From: Methanobacteriota archaeon
Lineage (GTDB): Archaea > Thermoplasmatota > Thermoplasmata > SG8-5 > JAGLSY01
Direction: 5' to 3'
Length of the DNA: 64,000 bases
Assembly: GCA_020696385.1 (NCBI GenBank)
Contig: JAEHCQ010000001.1
Location: forward strand, 512,001-576,000
Each line of letters begins with the position of its first letter. Position 1 is the stretch's first letter. Under the pieces are notes generated by a model. The model made no database searches, was not told the origin of the DNA, and saw nothing but the letters and a program-made list of their open reading frames with translations. The position numbers and the translations under genes are program-made. Below, one piece after another: positions 43,105-52,045 of the stretch.

Positions 43105-44931
43105 TTATTTCAAATGAGTGAGTATGGTTGATTCTCCGCCTTCCAGCACGACTTTAACATCTTCCATGGTAATTTCTGGATTGGTATAATATGCTGATAT
43201 TATCTTGGCAATTTGACGGTTCGTCTTCAGACCGATCAGCTTCATGTATTCCAGCAGATCAATACGTCGCTTGACCTCCCGCAACATCTCCCTCTGGGTC
43301 CAGTTCTTGCTATCTGCTATATTCTCGTAGATGTAGCTGTGACCACTGTAATTGAATGTGTCATCCGCAGGATTCCATGTATAGACAGAGTTCGTTATCA
43401 GATCTCCAGAATCTGGATCCATGCCAAATATCTCAGTAAGGGACTTGACACGACGTGTCATCCCATCTCCCACTTTCACCTGGGCTTGCATAAGAACAAG
43501 ATCCAACGCTGTGAGCAAAGCCCTCGGGATCTCGATCGGGGGCTGTTCCATCCTGTTCACCATTGCCTGGACATTCTCTGCGTGGAAGGTGGTGTACGCG
43601 CTCTTACCTGTGGCCATCGCCTGGAACACCACACTGGCTTCTGAACCTCTTACCTCACCGACCATCATGTATTGTGGCCTCTGCCTTAAAGCCGCCATGA
43701 GAAGATCGAACATGTCTATCTCTCCAGCTGCCTTTCCGGTGGCGTCTTTTCCACCAAAGCCAGATCTTGTAAGAAGTGGAACCCAATTCTCATGAGGCAA
43801 ATTCAATTCTCTCGTATCCTCTATACTGACGACCTTCATCTGGGCCGGAATAAATATCAGTACCGCGTTCAAAGTGGTGGTCTTACCACTCGCAGTACCA
43901 CCACAAACTAGAATGGATTTCCCATTCTCAATACATAGCCAGATATAGGCCATCATGTCCGGTGACATAGTCTTGAACCTTACAAGGTCAAGCGGAGTGA
44001 AAGGATCTTCCTTGAATCGCCTGATAGTGAAAGAAGAACCTCTTTTTGTAACATGCATACCCAGAGTGGCATTCAACCTTGAACCATCCGGAATGGTAGC
44101 ATCGAGCATTGGCTCCGCCACAGATATGTGTTTACCACACTTCTGGGCCAGCCAGACAACGAAACCATCCAAGCTCTCGGCTGTATCGAACTGGATATTT
44201 GATTGGATCGAGCCATACTGCCTTGTATAGATATAGAAAGGTACACCGACACCGTCACAGGAAAGATCCTCCACTCCCCCTTCGATCATCGGAACATCAA
44301 TGGGACCGTATCTGATAAAGTCCCTTAGAATGTAATATATCACCCTTTCCTTGGATATGGGGTTTAGAGTCACTCCCATGTCCTTCAGAAGACTATCAAC
44401 ACCCTCCCTGAGGTATTGCTCCCTTATCTCCTCTGTTGCATCTTTTATAGTTTCCAGAGTGTCAACCAATATTTCCTTGAGCACCTCAAGAACATCCTCC
44501 TCTTCTTCCTTCAGAGATGGTTCAATACACTCGTAGAAATAATCACTGGATATATTATCATAAAGGATCCTGACATAAGAATATCCATCGATAACTGGAA
44601 TTATCTCGATCTCCTGCAAATTCTTCTCCCTTATCTTTGGGATCGTGGTGATATCCTTCACCTGAGACCTTTCCTTGGCTCCCTTCGATACCTTGACCTT
44701 CATCGCTTTCTTTCCACTCAACATGGTCATGTATTTCTTCTTCAGGTCGTCAAAGGCTGAGAATGTAGAGGCTTGCTTGCGCTCTTCCAATGATTCGAGT
44801 TCGGCCTCGGTCTGTGCCTCCTCATCTTTGAGCTCATCCAGTTTTTCTTCGGCCGCTCTTTTCTCGTCGTCAATGGCCTCCAGTTCTTTCTGGTGCTCGC
44901 TCATGGATTTTTTCTCCGCTGCATCTGCCAA
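43105..44931 (-). CDS. Type IV pilus/secretion ATPase (VirB11/FlaI family)
   Basis: EDLSCDG, GGTASGKTT, IEDTRE, LRQRP..MVGEVRG, TFHA; N-terminal coiled coil. Confidence 0.93.
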   Translation of the reverse strand: MADAAEKKSMSEHQKELEAIDDEKRAAEEKLDELKDEEAQTEAELESLEERKQASTFSAFDDLKKKYMTMLSGKKAMKVKVSKGAKERSQVKDITTIPKIREKNLQEIEIIPVIDGYSYVRILYDNISSDYFYECIEPSLKEEEEDVLEVLKEILVDTLETIKDATEEIREQYLREGVDSLLKDMGVTLNPISKERVIYYILRDFIRYGPIDVPMIEGGVEDLSCDGVGVPFYIYTRQYGSIQSNIQFDTAESLDGFVVWLAQKCGKHISVAEPMLDATIPDGSRLNATLGMHVTKRGSSFTIRRFKEDPFTPLDLVRFKTMSPDMMAYIWLCIENGKSILVCGGTASGKTTTLNAVLIFIPAQMKVVSIEDTRELNLPHENWVPLLTRSGFGGKDATGKAAGEIDMFDLLMAALRQRPQYMMVGEVRGSEASVVFQAMATGKSAYTTFHAENVQAMVNRMEQPPIEIPRALLTALDLVLMQAQVKVGDGMTRRVKSLTEIFGMDPDSGDLITNSVYTWNPADDTFNYSGHSYIYENIADSKNWTQREMLREVKRRIDLLEYMKLIGLKTNRQIAKIISAYYTNPEITMEDVKVVLEGGESTILTHLK

Positions 44932-44940
44932 TATGTCACC

Positions 44941-46062
44941 TCATGTAAATGTTAATATCAAGATCCCAAGCAGGATCAATATGAAGCTGTGCTTCAATCC
45001 TTCAGACACCCTTCCATTCTGAAGCACTCCCGCCATAACACCATCTCCAACCGCGTGTATCATGGATGCAAGGAAAAAGGCCACCTCGATCTGAGGTATG
45101 ACCGATACATCCAATGACATACCACCGACACTCGCACTGCCTAGACCAGCAGCTTCAGCTGATCTTGCTACAGCCATTCCAGCAATTCTGATCTTTGGAA
45201 GGAAGGTTGCATTTAGAATAATAATAGTGACCAGGAACACGAAGAAAGCTATGTAAATAACAGCCAGATATGTACTCATCGCGATCTCCCTCTCTGCTTG
45301 CATCAACTGTTCTTCCTTGGTATCATGTGCCACCATTGTAAGAACATCCGCCACACTACCGCCCGCATCATTGGATTTTATAACGATGGCCACAACCCTG
45401 TTCACCAATGCTGTATCCATTCTTTCCGCGAAGAGCCTCAATGCTTCCGTGGATGTAACACCCCATTCGATCTGGGCTGCCATCTTCTGAATTTCCGGAG
45501 TTAATTTCCCATATCTACCGGATGATGCGACCATGATAGCATCTGACAGGGTCATACCAAAACGACCTGCCTCGGCCACATCTCTGAGAAAATCAGGTAT
45601 TCTCTTCTCGATAGCTTCAATATTCTTAGCTTTTGTTGAGGCATAGAAAGCCCAAGGACCGAAAAGGAAGGCCGCACCCAGGAATAGGAATTGGAGGAAC
45701 CTCATCATAGGTGTTTGCCCTTGATCAGGTATCTCATCGACTCCCGCTTCATCATAAATCCCATCCCCATCTACGTCATAAGAGTCATAGGCATCATAAC
45801 CAGAATTAGCATCCCATTTATCTATAACACCATCTTCATTATTATCGAGGCCCACCTCTTCAGGTATCTGGATTATGCCATCTTCATTCAAGTCAGTTGT
45901 TGGCAACTTCTTGAAAGACATGTCGACCTGATTGGTGAGATTCAATATTCCAAGCAGCAGGAATACTGAGAAGATCACGACTCCTATTACGACCATTGTT
46001 CGGGTAAGGTCCTTTTTGGTGGATATCGCCAGTTTCCTCATTTCTTCCTTTGATGCTGCCAT
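44941..46062 (-). CDS. TadC/T2SSF-family pilus platform protein with DxDxDG-rich loop
   Basis: IPDFLRDVAE...GMTL, YGKLT.EI, AGG.V.DVL. Confidence 0.88.
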   Translation of the reverse strand: MAASKEEMRKLAISTKKDLTRTMVVIGVVIFSVFLLLGILNLTNQVDMSFKKLPTTDLNEDGIIQIPEEVGLDNNEDGVIDKWDANSGYDAYDSYDVDGDGIYDEAGVDEIPDQGQTPMMRFLQFLFLGAAFLFGPWAFYASTKAKNIEAIEKRIPDFLRDVAEAGRFGMTLSDAIMVASSGRYGKLTPEIQKMAAQIEWGVTSTEALRLFAERMDTALVNRVVAIVIKSNDAGGSVADVLTMVAHDTKEEQLMQAEREIAMSTYLAVIYIAFFVFLVTIIILNATFLPKIRIAGMAVARSAEAAGLGSASVGGMSLDVSVIPQIEVAFFLASMIHAVGDGVMAGVLQNGRVSEGLKHSFILILLGILILTFT

Positions 46063-46075
46063 TCTTTCTACACCT

Positions 46076-47095
46076 CTACTCTTGACTCATGCTCCATACT
46101 ACGAATATGAAACCGAATTGTGACATTGGAATCATAAGCCCAATGACCATGAATAATATATTTGTCGTGGACTGAGCAGTTCCACCAATGATAGCCATTA
46201 TCGCGAGAATGACCACCAAGAAAAGTGGAAATGCCACGACCACTGTGACGAAACTTTCGGCCAGCATAGCCATGGTTTCCATGGTCTGCTTCATCATCAG
46301 CTTGTTCTCTTTCTCAAATTGCTCGGATTTCATGATAAAATATGGTTTTAACTGACCACCAGAGGTCGTCGTGGTGACAACACCCTGAAGGAAATCCTGG
46401 AATTTTGTGGATGGTGAGCGCAATGCTCCCCTTCTGACGGCTGTGAGAATGTCAATACCAAGAAGCTCAGTGTCTCGTGTTATCCACTCAGCCTCGTTCT
46501 GGATCTCACCATACACTTCCTGCTTGGAAAGTTCCTTGAATATGACATCGACCGGGACATTGGCTGAAGCCATGGCAGATATGAAACTCATAACACCAGA
46601 TATTCTCTTATCTATATCCCTACCTCTGGCCTTTGCCTTACCACCTGGTGATCCTTTGACGCCCATGAATCCCATCACTGGAAGTCCCACTGCAGCCCCT
46701 ACACCGATAAGAGCTCCCAAAAGCAATCCCAAGCCCAGCATGGAGAATACTATCGGAAGGACTATTGCCATAATGATGCCGACAATAGCCAGTATAACGG
46801 CCATCGTATAGGCCACTGCCATGTGTTCCTCCGGCCTTATTGGCATATGGGCTTTCAGAAGACTGCTTTCAAGTTCTTCATCACCCTTGTATTTTAATTT
46901 GGCATAATTGCCCATTAGACCCCATGAGAATTCCTGGAAAGGTGTAAGGTTTATGTAATCCGGCACCGAGCCCTTCTTCAATCTTATGATATGAGGGCCA
47001 CGCTCGACATCCTCATATTTCCTGCTTCTCTTGGTCTTGAGATGAGCATCCTTATTGTCGAATTTTGAGAATGCGTCAACCGTCTCATGCGCCAA
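46076..47095 (-). CDS. TadC/T2SSF-family pilus platform protein
   Basis: L.KAH....PE, YGEI..E...I.RD.ELLG.D, PS..F.DFL.G......GG.L..Y. Confidence 0.88.
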   Translation of the reverse strand: MAHETVDAFSKFDNKDAHLKTKRSRKYEDVERGPHIIRLKKGSVPDYINLTPFQEFSWGLMGNYAKLKYKGDEELESSLLKAHMPIRPEEHMAVAYTMAVILAIVGIIMAIVLPIVFSMLGLGLLLGALIGVGAAVGLPVMGFMGVKGSPGGKAKARGRDIDKRISGVMSFISAMASANVPVDVIFKELSKQEVYGEIQNEAEWITRDTELLGIDILTAVRRGALRSPSTKFQDFLQGVVTTTTSGGQLKPYFIMKSEQFEKENKLMMKQTMETMAMLAESFVTVVVAFPLFLVVILAIMAIIGGTAQSTTNILFMVIGLMIPMSQFGFIFVVWSMSQE

Positions 47096-48770
47096 GACCA
47101 GACACCTCCTCTTCACCATATACAGGCTCCACGACCCAGCCCATTTCGTCCCTTATCTTCTGGACGGTCTCAAGTGGTTCTTTGTAATATGCAACGATGA
47201 TATTGGAGATCGCGATGAAATCATTTATCTCCTTTTCCACCATGTAATTGATGATATCTACCCTTCTCTTGAATTCCTCATCCATCTCATCATGGGTGAG
47301 ATTCTTCACTTCCATCATACCATCCAGGATAAAACTGTGGCCTTTGTATAGGAAGGAATCGCTACGTTGATCCCATAGATATGTGGTATTAGTGACGATC
47401 TCATTGGTATCTGCTTCATAGGCCACGAGCTCGACGATCTCCGTTATCCTACGAACGATGCTGTCCCTGACCCTCACATGCTTCTGGATAACAATGAAAT
47501 TAAGAGCTGTAAGCAATATTCTTGGTGTGTTAATAGGTGGATTCTCCAGCCTATTAACCATAGATTTAACAGAATCCGCGTGCATCGTGGAGTAAGTGGT
47601 GTGACCTGTGGCCATTGCCTGGAACATGGTGGATGTTTCCTTACCTCTGACCTCTCCCACTATGATGTAGTTCGGCCTCTGCCTCAATGCACCCCTGACG
47701 AGTTCGTACATATCGATCTCGCCCTCGGCCTTTCCATCCGCATCTCTCTCACCCTGGCCGGTCCTTGTCGTACCTGGTATCCAGTTCTCATGCGGTAGGT
47801 TCAATTCCCTGGTATCTTCCATGGTAACTATTTTCGCACCTGGCCTGATGAAAAGAGCGGCTGCGTTCAATGTAGCTGTCTTTCCACTTGCTGTTCCTCC
47901 AACGACCAGCATGGATTTACCGATCTCGACAGCCAACCAAAGATAGGCAACCATCTCAGGAGAGGCTGAATTGAAGTTAATAAGATCGACAGGCGTGAAG
48001 GGCTTATCTTTGTATCTTCTAATGGTGAAAGAAGAACCTCTGGTAGTGACCTCGGTGGCATATGTTGCTTGTACCCTGTGACCCTCGCCAGTAGTTCCAT
48101 CAAGGATAGGCATGGAAACAGAGACCTGCTTTCCACATCTCTGGCCTAATTGAACAACAAAGCTGTTAAGTTCATCCTCATCCTCGAAAAGTGTAGCGGT
48201 CTTGATGGATTCGTATTTCTGGTGGAAAACAAAGAGAGGGACCGCAGTTCCATCGCATGAAACATCCTCTATCTTATCATCGTGCATGAGGGCGTCTATG
48301 TGCCCGAAATCCACAAAATCTCGCAAAATGTAGTAATCGATCTTCTGCTTGGTCTTTGGATCGATCTTCATACCTCTAGTAGTTATGAAGCTGTTTATCG
48401 CACCTTTTAGGTATTCTCTCTTATCCTTGAGCCCCATCTTGTCCATTTCATATTCCAGAGCCTTTTCGAAGGTATCCATTATCAAAGCTATGGTCTCCTT
48501 CTCTTTGGGAGTTAATTCAGGCTCAATAACCTCGTATATGAATTCACTCAATTCATTATCATACTTTATACGGGCATAACTGAAAGGCTCATTGATCGGA
48601 TAAACCTCTTTCTCTGTAAATTTATCGTCTTTAAGATCAGGAATGGGTGTAAGCTCAGAGCCTCTACCGACCTTGAACTCCTGCTCCTTCAGCTTCTCAC
48701 CTACAGGTACCCTTACCTTAAGCGACTTAGAACCTAGAAGTTTTTTCATGAAAGCTTTTTTGAGCACCAA
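47085..48770 (-). CDS. Type IV pilus/secretion ATPase (VirB11/FlaI family)
   Basis: EDVSCDG, GGTASGKT, EDTRE, LRQRPNYIIVGEVRG, TMHA. Confidence 0.93.
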   Translation of the reverse strand: MVLKKAFMKKLLGSKSLKVRVPVGEKLKEQEFKVGRGSELTPIPDLKDDKFTEKEVYPINEPFSYARIKYDNELSEFIYEVIEPELTPKEKETIALIMDTFEKALEYEMDKMGLKDKREYLKGAINSFITTRGMKIDPKTKQKIDYYILRDFVDFGHIDALMHDDKIEDVSCDGTAVPLFVFHQKYESIKTATLFEDEDELNSFVVQLGQRCGKQVSVSMPILDGTTGEGHRVQATYATEVTTRGSSFTIRRYKDKPFTPVDLINFNSASPEMVAYLWLAVEIGKSMLVVGGTASGKTATLNAAALFIRPGAKIVTMEDTRELNLPHENWIPGTTRTGQGERDADGKAEGEIDMYELVRGALRQRPNYIIVGEVRGKETSTMFQAMATGHTTYSTMHADSVKSMVNRLENPPINTPRILLTALNFIVIQKHVRVRDSIVRRITEIVELVAYEADTNEIVTNTTYLWDQRSDSFLYKGHSFILDGMMEVKNLTHDEMDEEFKRRVDIINYMVEKEINDFIAISNIIVAYYKEPLETVQKIRDEMGWVVEPVYGEEEVSGLGA

Positions 48771-48950
48771 CCGGTTTCACCCCTATCTCACTTCAAGTGA
48801 CTACTTCACCCACACAGATTAGCCCATCCACTAATGACTTTGTTATGAAAAAGCCACTTGTTTCCTCCACCTTTTATTACATTATCCATATATATAGATG
48901 TCGCATTGGTATAATATATAATGTCCTGCCATTTCTTTTTTGATCGTTCC

Positions 48951-50087
48951 CTATGATTCGTGAGGATAATCGGCTTGTCGATTTTGGAAAGATAATATCT
49001 GAGATTTTTGAATCACTCCCTTATTAATTACCACCGCACGCCGAATGGTTTCATTTTTGCTCCAACTCTCAGGACCCTCAAGAACTGTTTTTAAATACAC
49101 GATTAAAGCCGCTGATATTGAGCGAGATGCACTCTCCCATAAGTAAGATGGTGTATGATCTACACCATAGTAGTCCACACTGCCAACCTTGAACATTGGC
49201 TCGTTGAATGTTGTTGGTTTTGCAAAAGGAAATCCCATGCCTTCATCGCAACTGACATCAATGATCAGACTGTTTGGCTTGAGATAAGACATCTCTTCGG
49301 AGGTGACAAACATATATGGAGATTCAGGATCTTGAAAGCTTCCGTTAACAATTATGTCTGCCTCGCTGATTAATTCCTTAAAGGGTCGCCTGCTTCCGTC
49401 ATGTTCAACGGCCACCAATCTGGCTTCGTTGTCTATACCATCTTCAATTCGAATATAGTGGCAGTCCAAGACCTCTTCTCTAACCTCATGGTCAGGCCTT
49501 TGAATACAAATGGTAATATCCCTAAAACCTCGGGCCTTGAGGGCGTAGATAGCCCCTCTGCTGACGGCTCCAAAACTAAAAATAAGGACTTTCCGCTGGT
49601 CTCCATAGTGGCCATCGATTCCCTTTAACTGCAGAGCATGTAATATCGCGCTGTAGCCAGCGAGTTCATTATTTTTGTAAAATGTGTGGCGCCCGATTTC
49701 CCCTTTGGGCCCCCAGACAAACATCTCTTCAAATGCAATAAGTGTGAGCTTTCGATCGATTGCCATTTGGGTGATGGGGCGTTGTTGAGCACAGTGTGGG
49801 TATCCCCACATGATTCCTCTCTCCTTCAGGGTCTCAAGGTCTGAAAGAACAGGTTTGGTAACTATCACATTTCCAATTTCTGATAATAATTGATCCCGCT
49901 GCATCGTGCTACCGCTAGATAGTTCAGCAATTTCATCATCCGTCATGTGAAAGGGCTCTCCGTAGCCTCGCTCAAATACGAGTTGGCGGCGTATGTTTTC
50001 AGGCAGACGTTTCAAGTGGTCTGGATGTATTGGCACCCGGCACTCGTTTTCCTTTTTCGATGTCCCAATAACTCCGAATTTAATCAT
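48951..50087 (-). CDS. AlaDH/PNT-superfamily oxidoreductase (N5-(carboxyethyl)ornithine synthase-like)
   Basis: KENE.RVP.HP, FE.GYG, NNELAGY, IIDVSCDEGMGF, YGVDHTP. Confidence 0.8.
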   Translation of the reverse strand: MIKFGVIGTSKKENECRVPIHPDHLKRLPENIRRQLVFERGYGEPFHMTDDEIAELSSGSTMQRDQLLSEIGNVIVTKPVLSDLETLKERGIMWGYPHCAQQRPITQMAIDRKLTLIAFEEMFVWGPKGEIGRHTFYKNNELAGYSAILHALQLKGIDGHYGDQRKVLIFSFGAVSRGAIYALKARGFRDITICIQRPDHEVREEVLDCHYIRIEDGIDNEARLVAVEHDGSRRPFKELISEADIIVNGSFQDPESPYMFVTSEEMSYLKPNSLIIDVSCDEGMGFPFAKPTTFNEPMFKVGSVDYYGVDHTPSYLWESASRSISAALIVYLKTVLEGPESWSKNETIRRAVVINKGVIQKSQILSFQNRQADYPHES

Positions 50088-50196
50088 GATACACTAACAA
50101 CTCCTGGGTTTATAAGACAACGGGGTAATTAAATTTAATGAGTTTGTTTTTCCCATTTCCTTCAGATTGACGTTAAAGTCAGATTAAGAAAAAAAA

Positions 50197-50276
50197 TGGA
50201 CACAGCGGGATTCTACAACTAATTCGCTTTGCTCATTAGTCTTGTACGCGATGGGGGCATCGCGCATGAACCTGCG
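50197..50276 (-). repeat. Duplicated tRNA-Ala 3' end interrupted in the T-loop by a ~54-nt double-hairpin insert
   Basis: TGGACACAGCGGGATT at 50197-50212 is identical to 50301-50316; the match resumes as TGAACCTGCG after the insert. Confidence 0.8.
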
Positions 50277-50300
50277 ATTCAAATCCCTGAAAAATAATAA

Positions 50301-50374
50301 TGGACACAGCGGGATTTGAACCCGCGGCCTCTGCCTTGCGAAGGCAGCGATCTTCCGAGCTGATCTATGTGCCC
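50301..50374 (-). tRNA. tRNA-Ala(CGC)
   Basis: GGGCACATAGATCAGCTCGGAAGATCGCTGCCTT-CGC-AAGGCAGAGGCCGCGGGTTCAAATCCCGCTGTGTCCA; G3:U70 identity pair. Confidence 0.95.
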
Positions 50375-50471
50375 ATATTGTATTGCTTAGTATAACACTG
50401 GAATGATGATATGAATATAAACTTTTACCAATAATGTAAAAGCGAATTACTTGTTGATGATGTTTGAAACA

Positions 50472-51812
50472 TCATCCATTAATGATGTCCGCGACATCAT
50501 CAACAATCTCAGCCGCCCTTCCAGTGTAATTGGCCGCATCAAGTATAACATCCAGTTCTTCCGGTGTCCATAGATCGGATATGATCTCATCCTGCATCGC
50601 GCCGGTCCGAATATCATGCCCTTCATCAATGCATTTCATGGATATTCGTCTGGTCACCTCGTGTGCGTCCTGACGGCCTATTCCTTTCTTCACGAGAGCC
50701 ATCATGAGAGCTTCGGCCATGATCAAACCCTTGCTCATCTCGATATTCTTCTTCATGTTCTCGGGGAAGACCGCGAGGTTGGCAAAGACCTTGTTCATCT
50801 TCACCAGCATGTCATCCACCAGGACACAACTGTGACCTAATGTGAAACGCTCGGCCGATGAATTCGAGAGGTCTCGCTCATGCCAGAGCGGTGAATTCTC
50901 CAGAGTTGGGATTATGAAAGCGCGCTGAACCCTTGCCAATCCAGTAATGTTCTCGCACATGATCGGGTTCTTCTTGTGAGCCATTGTGGAACTGCCGACC
51001 TGTTTTTCCTTATCAAATGCCTCGGCAACCTCGCCTATCTCACTGCGCTGGAGATTCCTAATCTCCACCGAGAATTTTTCGAGAGATGCAGATATATTTG
51101 CTAATATCGCGATAAATTCCACATACCGATCCCTGCCCACTAATTGAAGACTGGCCTCTTCATATCCGAGCCCAAGTTCTTCCATTGTGATAATCTGCAA
51201 GTCCCTCGCATGTTCTCCAAGCGCGGCTCCAGTACCCACCGCGCCACTTAATTTCCCGACGCAGATCCTGGGCCTGGCTTCCTCCAAACGCTGGAGATGT
51301 CTGTGTGTCTCCAGGGCGTAGGCCGCGATCTTCATTCCAAAAGTAAGTGGTATGGCGAACTGGCCATGTGTTCTGCCGACCATGACCGTGTGCTTGTGTT
51401 CCTCTGCCAAATCGATCATCGTATGCTCCAATAGCATCAGGTCATCGATGATCATCTCGATAGCCTTATTGAACTGAAGCGCTGTAACCGTGTCCACGAT
51501 GTCATTGGATGTCGCGCCCAGATGGACATAGTCCCCGGCTGGCCCACATTGTTCCGTGAGTGCTTTGACCATGGCCATGATATCGTGGTTGGTATCCTTC
51601 TCGATCTCCCAAACACGCTCTAACTTCACTATCTGGCTATTGGCCTTTTGAGTGATAGTGTCCGCGTGCTCTTTGTCGATATTCCCCACCTTCGCGTGGG
51701 CCCTGGCAATAGCTGCCTCGACATCCAGCATGAGCTGCAGACGTACTTCTTCATCGAAAATCCTCTTCATCTCTTCTCGGCCATATCTGAATTCAAGCGG
51801 GCATACGGGCAT
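50472..51812 (-). CDS. purB: Adenylosuccinate lyase
   Basis: VHLGATSNDI, GRTHGQ, GSSTMAHKKNP, HERDLSNS. Confidence 0.96.
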   Translation of the reverse strand: MPVCPLEFRYGREEMKRIFDEEVRLQLMLDVEAAIARAHAKVGNIDKEHADTITQKANSQIVKLERVWEIEKDTNHDIMAMVKALTEQCGPAGDYVHLGATSNDIVDTVTALQFNKAIEMIIDDLMLLEHTMIDLAEEHKHTVMVGRTHGQFAIPLTFGMKIAAYALETHRHLQRLEEARPRICVGKLSGAVGTGAALGEHARDLQIITMEELGLGYEEASLQLVGRDRYVEFIAILANISASLEKFSVEIRNLQRSEIGEVAEAFDKEKQVGSSTMAHKKNPIMCENITGLARVQRAFIIPTLENSPLWHERDLSNSSAERFTLGHSCVLVDDMLVKMNKVFANLAVFPENMKKNIEMSKGLIMAEALMMALVKKGIGRQDAHEVTRRISMKCIDEGHDIRTGAMQDEIISDLWTPEELDVILDAANYTGRAAEIVDDVADIING

Positions 51813-51900
51813 ATTAACACCGAACCTGTATACCACCTATGAATTATATGTGGGTTTCGGTGGGTTGGAGAAGAAACCTGCTCATCATGTTTAGAATTAT

Positions 51901-52027
51901 AGAAAGATGGACCTCCCCGCCCTTTGGACGGGGTTTCGAATAGAGAACTGTCACTCGCTGGCACATCACTGAGAGTACCCCGCCCTCCTTGGTTCTATCG
52001 GCTCAATCAGACGGGGCATGCTTGCAT
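51901..52027. mobile_element. ~127-bp non-coding element with IS200/IS605-like hairpins (PATE/MITE-like), copy 1
   Basis: CCTCCCCGCCCTTTGGACGGGGTTTC and TACCCCGCCCT...AGACGGGGCATGCTTGCAT; homologous to 60539-60664. Confidence 0.65.
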
Positions 52028-52045
52028 GATCATCGCTCTGCATAA

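Noticed and set aside
43105-48770. Archaellum (fla/arl) operon
   Set aside because: No archaellins, FlaF/G or FlaH in the cluster; two short TadC-like genes rather than one FlaJ.
50197-50276. Split tRNA half or spliceable T-loop intron
   Set aside because: No BHB geometry at the insert boundaries, a T-stem mismatch, and an intact tRNA-Ala right next to it.
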